A stretch of 64,000 nucleotides of DNA from contig JBHLOY010000008.1 in the NCBI GenBank assembly GCA_048939995.1, positions 96,001 to 160,000 of the forward strand, read 5' to 3'. The notes below the pieces were generated by a model. That model ran no database searches and was not told the DNA's origin. It saw nothing but the letters and a program-made list of their open reading frames with translations. This DNA is from Promethearchaeota archaeon (GTDB lineage Archaea; Asgardarchaeota; Lokiarchaeia; Sigyniarchaeales; SOKP01). This document shows, piece by piece, positions 50,874-60,322 of the stretch. A program made the position numbers and the translations under genes. Position 1 is the stretch's first letter. Every line of letters starts with the position of its first letter.

Positions 50874-51535
50874 AAAGATGTAATAATAGTTATAACTCCA
50901 ACTAAAATAAAAATTAATACTGAGATCAATTTTAAATAAAATTTTGGTACCTTTTTAGCGATTGTCCCACCAATCAATATTCCTATCCAAGCTACTGTTA
51001 TTAAAGCAAGAAATGAACCGATCCATACCTCTACAAGAGGGTTTGTGGAAGCAAACGAAATTGTGGCAATTTGGGTTTTATCTCCTAACTCCATTAGAGA
51101 AATGAACCCAAACCCCGCTAAATAAGGATTTTTCCTTAATTTAGCAAGTTTTGAGTTTCCTTTACCTTCTAAATTCTCTTTTCTTTCGTTGCTTTCACTT
51201 TCAATAATTTCATGGTTCTTTTGCTTCCTATTTAAATAAAGCGATTTGAGTGAACGAGTCTCCAGAAGTCCAATTATTATAAATACAATCCCTGATACTA
51301 TAGATATGATAATGTAAGGTAATAATTCTGCAATAATCGCTCCAAAAAACACTCCAACAGTAACTATTAATGCAAATCCAAAAGTGACTCCTATACCAAC
51401 TTTATAGAATTTCTCATATTCTAAAGCAAGGTTAAAGACAATCAATTGAGTTTTGTCCCCTAGTTCACTAAGGAATAGAAATCCATATGTTATTAGAATT
51501 ACCACAAAATCCATGATTATATAAATTAATTCCAT
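50870..51535 (-). CDS. TMEM165/GDT1 (UPF0016) Ca/Mn transporter
   Basis: Two ELGDKTQ motifs. Confidence 0.93.
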   Translation of the reverse strand: MELIYIIMDFVVILITYGFLFLSELGDKTQLIVFNLALEYEKFYKVGIGVTFGFALIVTVGVFFGAIIAELLPYIIISIVSGIVFIIIGLLETRSLKSLYLNRKQKNHEIIESESNERKENLEGKGNSKLAKLRKNPYLAGFGFISLMELGDKTQIATISFASTNPLVEVWIGSFLALITVAWIGILIGGTIAKKVPKFYLKLISVLIFILVGVITIITSF

Positions 51536-51712
51536 TTGATATATCTTTTTAAATTCGATTCATTTGAATTTTAGCTCAATTAATCCATATATTGATTTAT
51601 ATTAACCATATTAGGATTCTGGTGCTTTTTATAATCAAATTAATGTTTATAGATTATAATTTATATAGGGATTCAAATAAATTGAACTTCTAAAAAATGA
51701 AAAAACCTTATA

Positions 51713-51726
51713 TTAGATAAGCCTAA
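51713..51726 (+). promoter_or_regulatory. Candidate DtxR/MntR-type operator TTAGATAAGCCTAA
   Basis: One mismatch to TTAGG-N4-CCTAA; abuts A-rich BRE and TTATA box upstream of the iron permease. Confidence 0.5.
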
Positions 51727-51793
51727 AATTTATATGATTTCTTTTTAGTATTTACATAGTAAACTTTTAACAATTATTAAGGTGACATGACTT

Positions 51794-52717
51794 ATTTCAA
51801 TTGTAGATTTACCAATCCCCATATTTCTAGCATTTAGGGAAGGATTAGAAGCTGTTTTAGTTATAGTGATTATTATTTTATATCTTAAAAACTCAAAACA
51901 AACTCAATATTACAAATATGTTTTTCTTGGTGGTTTTTTAGCCATACTTGCGAGTATTTCATTTGCAATATTATTTAATATGCTTTTTGGAGAATTTACA
52001 GGTATTATAGAAGAATTATTCGAAGGAATTACGTTTATTATTTCAGGGATTTTCATAATAACGTTAATTTTATGGATGAGCAGAGAAGGACCCAAATTAA
52101 AGCAATCTCTTGAAATGAAAATTGAGGAATCTATTGAGACCAGAAAACTCTTGTCAATCACAGCTCTTACATTTGTAATAATAGTGAGAGAAGGAATTGA
52201 GTTGGTACTTCTCCTAACTGGAGCTACCTCAGTAGGTTCCTTAGGACAAGGTGATGTAATAGTTGGATCATTAATAGGATTATCAACAGCGACTTTTATA
52301 GGGCTTTTAACCTTTTATGGTATCAAATCCATCAATATTACTAAGTTTTTTAAAATAACAAACATCATTCTGATTTTATTTGCAGCCGGCTTAATAACCT
52401 ATGGTATTCATGAACTAATAGAAGCTGGTTTTATTAATCCAATAATCCCAGAAGTCTGGAATCTCAAATCAATATTACCCGAAAGTTTTCCAGATGGAAA
52501 TCCTTTAACTCCAGAATTTCTCGAAATTATCGGCTCTTTAATGAAAACATTATTTGGATACAATGCTAATCCCTCTTTGTTGGAAGTCATTATCTATCCT
52601 GCTTTATTAATATCAATAGGCATAAGTTCTTTACTTTTATGGAGAAAAAGCAGTAAAAATGTTTTAAGTAAACAAAATCGGGAAAATAAATTGAAATTGA
52701 AAGAAATTATAGCCTAA
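51794..52717 (+). CDS. FTR1/EfeU iron permease, probable ATT start
   Basis: First REGLE motif lies upstream of the track start; second REGIE; in-frame TGA just before ATT 51794; GGTGA SD 8 nt upstream. Confidence 0.88.
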   Translation: MSIVDLPIPIFLAFREGLEAVLVIVIIILYLKNSKQTQYYKYVFLGGFLAILASISFAILFNMLFGEFTGIIEELFEGITFIISGIFIITLILWMSREGPKLKQSLEMKIEESIETRKLLSITALTFVIIVREGIELVLLLTGATSVGSLGQGDVIVGSLIGLSTATFIGLLTFYGIKSINITKFFKITNIILILFAAGLITYGIHELIEAGFINPIIPEVWNLKSILPESFPDGNPLTPEFLEIIGSLMKTLFGYNANPSLLEVIIYPALLISIGISSLLLWRKSSKNVLSKQNRENKLKLKEIIA

Positions 52718-52777
52718 ATTTCTCTTTTTTTTAACTGCTCTAAGAAAAAAAAGAGTTAGAATTAATTTTTTATTCAT

Positions 52778-54604
52778 TTATCGTTTGTTATAATCTTGAA
52801 ATCCCTCATGAATAAGAAAGAATCCTAAGGTTAAGAGTAATATAGCTAACCCTGGCCATAGGGTTGCCCATGGAGCTGAGTAGAGGAATGATCTTCCTTG
52901 ATTAATAGTATAACCCAGTTGTTGATAATTAGCTGAACTAACGTAAAAATTTAAAAAGCCAAAAGTATTATAAAGTACGATCGCAAATCCCAAGAATAAA
53001 GGAATGTATATAATTAGCTTTTTAATGATATCAAAAATTCTATAATCTGTCTTTACAAATATCCAAGTACATAACGGGATTAAGAAGATGCCAATGGTTA
53101 ACATTAGAAATAAATAGATTGGACCAAAAATACCCTCTATTATTGGGATAAGCATTATAATGGGGATCAAGTAAAAGAGGAACATAAAACCCAAAATTGG
53201 CCATCTAAGGAACCATTTAATAAATTTCTTTTCATAAAATCTCTTGTTTGCAAGAAAACCAAATAGAAGGCCTCCTCCTATACCTATTAAAGTGGTTAAG
53301 ATTCCAAAGATTAATGATTCTTGGATACCATACATTGTAAGTGCTAAAATATCTCGGCCAAATTGTCCCTGTCCTAAGGGATGACCAGGTGATGGAGGAT
53401 CCCACGCACCTGCATATACACCTAATGCTTCAGCAAGAGTATATTGTGTAAATAATTGAGGCGCAATTGTTATTATCAAATGAAGTATTACTAAAACCAA
53501 TCCAACAGGTATACATATCCAAAAAATAGGTGATTTCAGTTTTGATTTAAGATATCTCTTGAAATTACTATAACTTTTTTCTTGATTTTGAGTATTCAGA
53601 ACTTCCTCTTGAGTTATTACTTCCTTCCTTATCCACGTGGTTGGCCAAATTTTCTTTTCTACAAATAGATGATATACTCCATAAAGTATGTTAAAAACTA
53701 AAGTGACTAAAATTATAATAATAATAACAACGAAGAGACATCCTTGAATCAAAAAGTAGTCAGAAGAAAATATAGCAATAAAGAATAAACTGCCAAAGCC
53801 ATTTAAACCAAATATCAGATCAATTAAAAGTGCAAACCCAAAGATTAAACCAAAAAACAGTGCAATTCTAGAAGTATGATAAATTACAGAGGTGCCTTGT
53901 GCCTTATTTACTGAATTTATGCGTACAAATTTAATCATCAGAGCTGAGATTGTGACTCCTAATATAAGTCCGGGTAAGATATAATGAAGTGCTGTATCTA
54001 GGGCCAAATCCCATCGTCCCACAAGAATAGAGTCCCATATTCGAAACCCGGTGACGAAAGGAGGATCTGAATAAGCCATATCTTTAAATCCATAAGTAGG
54101 TAGAATTCCCGTCTGAAATGCTATAAATTGAAACATTAGTCCAAGGAAGATTATGGGTAAAGCATATCCAAATAAACTAATAATTTGAAATAAGGCTCTC
54201 AACCACTTAAATCTGGTTTTAGTTGAATAGATTCCAATTAGAATACCTATGAGTGCACCTACTATCAAAGGTAAGAGTAAAACTTCGAAAGTTCTCGGAA
54301 CTCCTTCTAATAGTAAGCTAATAACTGGAGTACCTGGTGAAATTCCACTAGTAATAAACCACCGCCCTGAAAAGAATCTACCAAGGAAGTATACAAATTG
54401 AAAAATCAAAGGTTGATCAAAGTGATACAGAGCTGCGATAGCTTGATATTCAGCCGGAGTATAAACTGGGGGTAAAAAAACTAATACTGGATCGATTGGA
54501 AGTAGGTTCATAAGGAGGAAGATAAAGATGAGCCCTACAAATAAAACTACTACAGCAATGATAAATGTTTTTATTAGATTTTTGACAACATTTTTCATTG
54601 GCAA
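52778..54604 (-). CDS. Fused DppB-DppC-type peptide ABC permease with degenerate EAA loops
   Basis: DppB features (P.DP, DQPL..QF, PRTFE, LPTYG, HYILP, DY..IQG) followed by DppC features (PPSPGHPLGQGQFGRDI, APWATLWPG). Confidence 0.85.
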   Translation of the reverse strand: MPMKNVVKNLIKTFIIAVVVLFVGLIFIFLLMNLLPIDPVLVFLPPVYTPAEYQAIAALYHFDQPLIFQFVYFLGRFFSGRWFITSGISPGTPVISLLLEGVPRTFEVLLLPLIVGALIGILIGIYSTKTRFKWLRALFQIISLFGYALPIIFLGLMFQFIAFQTGILPTYGFKDMAYSDPPFVTGFRIWDSILVGRWDLALDTALHYILPGLILGVTISALMIKFVRINSVNKAQGTSVIYHTSRIALFFGLIFGFALLIDLIFGLNGFGSLFFIAIFSSDYFLIQGCLFVVIIIIILVTLVFNILYGVYHLFVEKKIWPTTWIRKEVITQEEVLNTQNQEKSYSNFKRYLKSKLKSPIFWICIPVGLVLVILHLIITIAPQLFTQYTLAEALGVYAGAWDPPSPGHPLGQGQFGRDILALTMYGIQESLIFGILTTLIGIGGGLLFGFLANKRFYEKKFIKWFLRWPILGFMFLFYLIPIIMLIPIIEGIFGPIYLFLMLTIGIFLIPLCTWIFVKTDYRIFDIIKKLIIYIPLFLGFAIVLYNTFGFLNFYVSSANYQQLGYTINQGRSFLYSAPWATLWPGLAILLLTLGFFLIHEGFQDYNKR

Positions 54605-54681
54605 AATAAAGCCCTCATTTATTTTAAATAATAGGTATTACATAATAATCAAGGTAGAAATTTAAATGTTCTTTTAAAACT

Positions 54682-55860
54682 CTAATCAAGAGATTTGTTA
54701 ACTAATTCTGTTAAGTCCATCATTTGGATATTAGAATTAAGAGCTGTTATGGCATCTGATAAATTTCGATAACAAAAAGGACAGATACTAATGATATGCT
54801 CCGCTCCAGTTTGTTCTGCTTCCTTAATCCTACTTTTGGCTATGTTTATTGCTAAATCGGGAAATCCTTTTTTCACACCACCCCCTGCTCCACAACATTT
54901 AGCTTGCTCTTTAATTGTTTTCATTTCGGTTAATTTACCAATTTTACGTATTAATTCTCGAGGTTCTTCATAAAGAGGATTATTACCACAATTTCTTCCA
55001 GTATGACATGGATCATGATAAGTTGAATTAATGTCTAAATGTTTCATTCGAATTTCACTCTTTTCTATATAATTTTTAATAAATTCTATTGAATGTAAGA
55101 TCTCAATATTTAAGTCTTTAAGAACCTCCCCATAATCAACTTTTAAAGTTCTAAAACAGCCGGCGCAGCTTGTTATGAGGGTTTTTATTCCACTTTTTCT
55201 GAATAATTCATAATTTTTACGTGATACTTTGTTAAACGCTTCCGTATTTCCCGTCCTTAAAACAACACTTCCACAACAAATTTCGTGTTGTCCATAAATT
55301 CCATAATCAATATTTAACTTTTTTAAAATTTCTGCAGTATTTGTTGCCACAGCTTGGATTTCTGGAGTTAAAGCGGTAGTACATCCCACAAAATATAATA
55401 CTTCTGCCTCTTCAGAATATAAATCCTTAATTCTAAAGTTTAATTTTTTAGTCCATTCATTTTTTTGCTTATTATCACGTTCATAAGGATTTAGTAACTC
55501 GATAATAGCTTTATTCATGGGAATGTGTGCTTCTAATCCATAACCAGCATCTACTAATTCTGCCCGCAGAGCTTCAAACATTAAAGCATTGTCCATTTCA
55601 TAAGCACACGCTTCAGCGCAAGCATTACACGTAGGACATTGGTAAATGACTTCTGCCAGATCTTTACTTAATTCCAATTTCCCCTGCCAGAGTGACCTTA
55701 TAACTTGCATCTTTCCTCTTCCAAAATAAGGTTCAAATCCCGAAGTGTGATCTTTAGCTACACAAACCCCCCATTTTTGGGGATCTGCAGTATAATCTGT
55801 AGCCTCCCTACAATCCCCACAACTAATGCATTGAAGGAGAAGAGTTCCAAATCGACTCAA
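54682..55860 (-). CDS. CCG-domain Fe-S oxidoreductase (HdrD/GlcF-like); start may be ATA 55896
   Basis: CISCGDC, CPTCNACAEAC, FVGC, CCG, CAGC, YHDPCH, CCGAGGG, CPFC. Confidence 0.9.
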   Translation of the reverse strand: MSRFGTLLLQCISCGDCREATDYTADPQKWGVCVAKDHTSGFEPYFGRGKMQVIRSLWQGKLELSKDLAEVIYQCPTCNACAEACAYEMDNALMFEALRAELVDAGYGLEAHIPMNKAIIELLNPYERDNKQKNEWTKKLNFRIKDLYSEEAEVLYFVGCTTALTPEIQAVATNTAEILKKLNIDYGIYGQHEICCGSVVLRTGNTEAFNKVSRKNYELFRKSGIKTLITSCAGCFRTLKVDYGEVLKDLNIEILHSIEFIKNYIEKSEIRMKHLDINSTYHDPCHTGRNCGNNPLYEEPRELIRKIGKLTEMKTIKEQAKCCGAGGGVKKGFPDLAINIAKSRIKEAEQTGAEHIISICPFCYRNLSDAITALNSNIQMMDLTELVNKSLD

Positions 55861-55892
55861 ATGTGGGAATTTTTCTTTTGGATTAAATTCTG

Positions 55893-57425
55893 TTATAATT
55901 CCTCGCCGTTTATAATATATTTTTTGATATCATCATTATAGCTATACATGTGAAATTTATTTGGACTAAGTAAATAATTTGGGTCCACCGTTCTTTTCAT
56001 ATCTTTAAAAAATTGAATGAATTCAGGAGTGTATGCATCAGCTTCTACTAAAGATTGAGAAATAGCCTCTCCAAGCCAATAATGAACTCCCCCATACTTC
56101 ACTTGATTTCTTAATTTCTTATGCCACATATCCATAGAAATTTCTCGTTCTTCATCTGTATTATCAGCATTGAAACCCCCCACGATAACACAATGTCCAT
56201 TAGGCAAAAGAAATATAACTGTAGCAAATAAGGATATACTCTGCGAAGGAAATTCACTAGCATGATTCATATCAAATTCATTACTTAGTCGTGCAGCTTC
56301 GGGAATTTCTGAGATAGGAATCTTATGGCAAGTTGTACATGAAATTTTTGGTGGTACAACTGAGATATATTTATTAAAATAATTGTAAACATACTTTAAG
56401 TTAAACTTCCAATCCTTTGATAAGGGGACATCTAAATCCATTTCTTGGTATTCAAAAGGTCTTGTATCTTTTTCCATAATTTCAGAAACTTTCTTTAAAT
56501 ATATTTCTAGGACTTGTTCATCCATAGATTCCACCAAAATTGAAAACACTGGTCCTTTTAATCTTGGCCTTCTAGCAGGTTTATTTTCAACCATGGTTGA
56601 TAGTATCTGTAATAATGCTAAAGGAATAACTAATACATCATGTAATCCATCACGTACTTCTTTTCTCAACTTATATAATAACTCGACAACCTTATTATAA
56701 TCATTTTTATTAAGCATATAATATCTCTGAGCTTTATAAGGAGTTTCAGGGAATAAACGTAGGAAAGCTTTGGTTTTAATCCCCATTGTTCCAACGTCCC
56801 CCATAAATAGCCCAGTAAAATCAGGAGCAACTCCATATCTACAAAAGGGTCTCGCATATTTATTAGTAGCAGCCCCAGTTCGAATAATCGTTCCTTGAGG
56901 GTTTGCTAACACAACTTCTACTCCTAGACAAATATCTGGAACAACACCATATTTAGTAGAACCAAATCCAGCCGTACTGTTGGAAAGTCCGCCTCCAATT
57001 GTTGCAGAAAATCCGCTTCCAGGACCAAGTACTCCAGTTGTTAAACCTTTTTGGTGCAGCTGAGAAATCAAGCTGCCCCACGTAATTCCACATTCAACTT
57101 CACAATAATAATTATCTTCATTAATTTCAATGATATCGTTCATTCGGGTAAGGTCTATGAGAATGCCCCCTTGGGTCACGGATCCACCCACCAAATCAGC
57201 ACCACCTCCTCTAGGAACCATATGCACTTTATGTTTATTTGCGATCTTTACAATTTCCGAGATTTCTTCCGAAGTTTTAGGTCTAACTATCATATCTGCC
57301 CATCTATCTGGGAACGCGGGATCTACATTGCGTGAGTATGCTGCCTTCATAAAATCTTTATCAGTAATGAATTCTGTCCCCACAATCGCTTCAATTTCCT
57401 TATATAATTTAGATAAAGAAGACAA
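55893..57425 (-). CDS. FAD-linked oxidase (GlcD / D-lactate dehydrogenase-like)
   Basis: PRGGGADLVGG, ATIGG, G.MGI.TK, DP..LLSP.K. Confidence 0.88.
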   Translation of the reverse strand: MSSLSKLYKEIEAIVGTEFITDKDFMKAAYSRNVDPAFPDRWADMIVRPKTSEEISEIVKIANKHKVHMVPRGGGADLVGGSVTQGGILIDLTRMNDIIEINEDNYYCEVECGITWGSLISQLHQKGLTTGVLGPGSGFSATIGGGLSNSTAGFGSTKYGVVPDICLGVEVVLANPQGTIIRTGAATNKYARPFCRYGVAPDFTGLFMGDVGTMGIKTKAFLRLFPETPYKAQRYYMLNKNDYNKVVELLYKLRKEVRDGLHDVLVIPLALLQILSTMVENKPARRPRLKGPVFSILVESMDEQVLEIYLKKVSEIMEKDTRPFEYQEMDLDVPLSKDWKFNLKYVYNYFNKYISVVPPKISCTTCHKIPISEIPEAARLSNEFDMNHASEFPSQSISLFATVIFLLPNGHCVIVGGFNADNTDEEREISMDMWHKKLRNQVKYGGVHYWLGEAISQSLVEADAYTPEFIQFFKDMKRTVDPNYLLSPNKFHMYSYNDDIKKYIINGEEL

Positions 57426-57577
57426 AATAATGCACTTTTATTGAATCAATAATTATAAAATAGATCCTCTAGATTAATAAAAGTTTATAAGTATTTAGCA
57501 AAATAGTTTTTATTAACTTTATTTGAAAATAATTAGCATATTTTGTTAATTAATTATTTTATCAATAGTGCGATAGT

Positions 57578-58369
57578 ATGAGTTTTGTTAAAACTCCAGA
57601 AGAGTTGGAAAAATTAAGAAGGACATCATTTGATTTTTATGATGCTGAATTTTTAGCAGTATTTTGGGAGACAAAGCCAGAAATTGTTAAACGTTTACTT
57701 CCACCTCCTTTAAAGCCAGTTAAATATCCAGTGGTACAGGCAATGATTGCAAATTATCCTAGAACTAATTTTGGGGTGACTTATAAAGAAGCAGCACTCT
57801 TTTTATTCAGTGAATATGATGGCGTAATTGGGGCATACTGTCTTGCAATGCCAGTAGATAATGATATGGCAATGATTGGAGGTAGAGAAGTATTTGGTTA
57901 TCCAAAAAAAATTGCGAGCATTCAGTTCAAAAAGGAGGGAAAAGTATTCGATGGTTGGGTTGAGCGCCATGGAATTCATTATTTTGAGTTAAAAGCGGAG
58001 CTTAATAATAAATTAAATGAAAAGGATGCTATGAAAATTGTATTAGAGCTGGGATTAAATCCAAATAAACCAAGAAGCATAACTTATAATTATAAATTTT
58101 TCAGATCTCCACTTTATGAGGGATTTGATTTCAATCCGCGTTTGATTAGAGAAGAAATAACAATGCAAGCGTCTGAAATGATACTAGGGGAGGCAGAAGT
58201 GAAGTTAAATGTATCGGAATATGATCCTTGGAGTGACTTAGTCGTTGAGAGAGTACTTGGCTGTCTTTATTTAAAAACTAACAGTCAAATGCAACCAGGA
58301 GAAGTTGTTGCTGAAATAAACCAGGAAGATTTTGAGCCTTATTCATTCATGAAAATCGATCCATATTAA
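57578..58369 (+). CDS. Acetoacetate decarboxylase-family protein
   Basis: LLPPPL, YKEA, GREVFGYPKK. Confidence 0.88.
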   Translation: MSFVKTPEELEKLRRTSFDFYDAEFLAVFWETKPEIVKRLLPPPLKPVKYPVVQAMIANYPRTNFGVTYKEAALFLFSEYDGVIGAYCLAMPVDNDMAMIGGREVFGYPKKIASIQFKKEGKVFDGWVERHGIHYFELKAELNNKLNEKDAMKIVLELGLNPNKPRSITYNYKFFRSPLYEGFDFNPRLIREEITMQASEMILGEAEVKLNVSEYDPWSDLVVERVLGCLYLKTNSQMQPGEVVAEINQEDFEPYSFMKIDPY

Positions 58370-58385
58370 ATAAAAAAATTTAGTT

Positions 58386-59177
58386 TTATTTTTTTAATTT
58401 TTTAACTTTTTTTACAATTTTCTTTTTTATATCCTCATAAGAGGGCGGTGGTCCAGTCCTAATCTCTTTACTATCAATAAATAGCCCAGTAAAGATACCC
58501 CATTCTAAGAAGGTCTCTCTATTAAAAGTATCAATTTCTTGGAAGATTACATCATCACCAAATTCCAAAGCTGCTCTTTTTGCTCTTTCATAAACAATAG
58601 ATTGAGCAGGACACCAACCATTCTTAAACACAGTGATAGTTACTTTACCCGGAATTTTTTGTGGTTTTCTTTTTTGCTTAATCCATTTAGGAGGGACGGC
58701 ATCTTCAGTAAAAGGTTTCCAAAGCAAAACAGCTACACTATCCTTATCTATTTTAATATAACCCTGCTTTTTATACCATGAAGCTTTCATCCAAAAAGGT
58801 AATGAAAGTCCCCATGCTACTATTCCTTTTGCACCCTTTGATTTCACGTCCTCTTCAGCAGCTTGAAGTAATTTCACTCCATAGCCTTTTTTCTGATGAT
58901 TTCCTATCCCTTCTTCATAGCCATGTATCCAGATACAATTAATAAAGTATAAATCTCTACCTTCCGCATTAGAATATTCAATTGGGACATATTGAATCAT
59001 GCCTACACACTTTTCACTATCAGCTAGAGCAAGTTTAACTCGTAAACCTTTTTCTTTAATACGTTCATACCAGTTTTCTTTATGATTTCCTGCCTCCTTC
59101 ATCTCATCAGACCAATCTTCTAAACACATAAAATAGGTCTTTTTATACTCGTCTGTTAGATTTATTATTTCCATCAT
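58386..59177 (-). CDS. GNAT acetyltransferase with thioredoxin-like C-terminus, paralog of 12537
   Basis: IQYVPIE, FINCIWI, QKKGYG, GWCPA. Confidence 0.8.
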   Translation of the reverse strand: MMEIINLTDEYKKTYFMCLEDWSDEMKEAGNHKENWYERIKEKGLRVKLALADSEKCVGMIQYVPIEYSNAEGRDLYFINCIWIHGYEEGIGNHQKKGYGVKLLQAAEEDVKSKGAKGIVAWGLSLPFWMKASWYKKQGYIKIDKDSVAVLLWKPFTEDAVPPKWIKQKRKPQKIPGKVTITVFKNGWCPAQSIVYERAKRAALEFGDDVIFQEIDTFNRETFLEWGIFTGLFIDSKEIRTGPPPSYEDIKKKIVKKVKKLKK

Positions 59178-59308
59178 TTCGCACTCTTTGTTTATATGAT
59201 ATGTATAATAATATCCTTTTTAAAATAGCATGGTTATAAAATTTTTAATATCTTACAGTATATTAAAGGAAAATTATAAATTCCCAAATTATTACTTTTC
59301 AACATAGA

Positions 59309-60322
59309 ATGGTCATCCATTTTGAATCTTCTGGCAATTTTACTTCTGGAATTCCGTCCTTTAGAGCTCTTATATCAAAAAGAGCAAGGGTGAAAATTCA
59401 ATTAACCGAAAATAAAATATCTTTTCAATCTGAAATTGATAAAATACGGTACGAGGTAAAATTATCAGATATCAAAGAATTTTATATAAAAAAAAGAAAT
59501 ACAATTCCAGTTATTGAATTAATAGATACTCAAGAAAATTATTATACTTTTTTTCCACTCTTAAATAGACATAACATTCGCTCGAATTCAAAGCGATTTT
59601 CGGAAGATTTATTTAGGCAAATCACTCGATTATACGTAAAAAATGAAATGCCCATCCTTTTTGAATCCAAAGGAGCTTTTTGGGAAGGCACTCCAACAGC
59701 AGATCATTGGAAGTCAAATTTGAATAAGGGAATAATTCTATTAACTGAAAATTCTTTTAGTTTTAAACCGTTTAAAGAGGGATACTTAAAACAAATTAAA
59801 ATTTTTGATATCAAAGAAGTAATAGGGCCATCAGAAAGTTTGGATTTATTTACTAAGTTAATAACAACCAAAAATCAAGCTTTTTCATTCTTATTCATTA
59901 GAAAACATCTGAAACGTATAACTAAAGACAAAATAAAGACAGATAAATTTCTAAAACTTTTAAGTCAAGTGTTAATTTATAAGGACTCTGAACGGATTCA
60001 CATGATTGAACTAGAAAAAAAACGTATCGAAAAACTTAAATCTATGATTAAAGTTTCTAATAGAATCAAGCTAGATATGATGAGAAGTGCGTTGGAAATG
60101 GATGAGAAAACCTTTGCTAACAAGATTTTTAAATGGGCAAAGAAATTTGATTTTGTTATAGATGGAGAATATCTAATCGTGACTAATGAAAATATTAATG
60201 CGTTTATTCTAAGTTTAAATAATAATGATATTAGCGAAAAAATAAAATGCCCCTATTGTAATAATTCGCTTGATACAGAAGTGTTGATTTGTCCTTATTG
60301 TGGAAAGGAAATTAAGATTTGA
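59309..60322 (+). CDS. Tandem PH/GRAM-like domains, winged-helix/PCI-like domain and zinc ribbon
   Basis: Internal repeat LTENKISF...LSDIKE / LTENSFSF...IFDIKE; C-terminal CPYC...CPYC. Confidence 0.55.
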   Translation: MVIHFESSGNFTSGIPSFRALISKRARVKIQLTENKISFQSEIDKIRYEVKLSDIKEFYIKKRNTIPVIELIDTQENYYTFFPLLNRHNIRSNSKRFSEDLFRQITRLYVKNEMPILFESKGAFWEGTPTADHWKSNLNKGIILLTENSFSFKPFKEGYLKQIKIFDIKEVIGPSESLDLFTKLITTKNQAFSFLFIRKHLKRITKDKIKTDKFLKLLSQVLIYKDSERIHMIELEKKRIEKLKSMIKVSNRIKLDMMRSALEMDEKTFANKIFKWAKKFDFVIDGEYLIVTNENINAFILSLNNNDISEKIKCPYCNNSLDTEVLICPYCGKEIKI

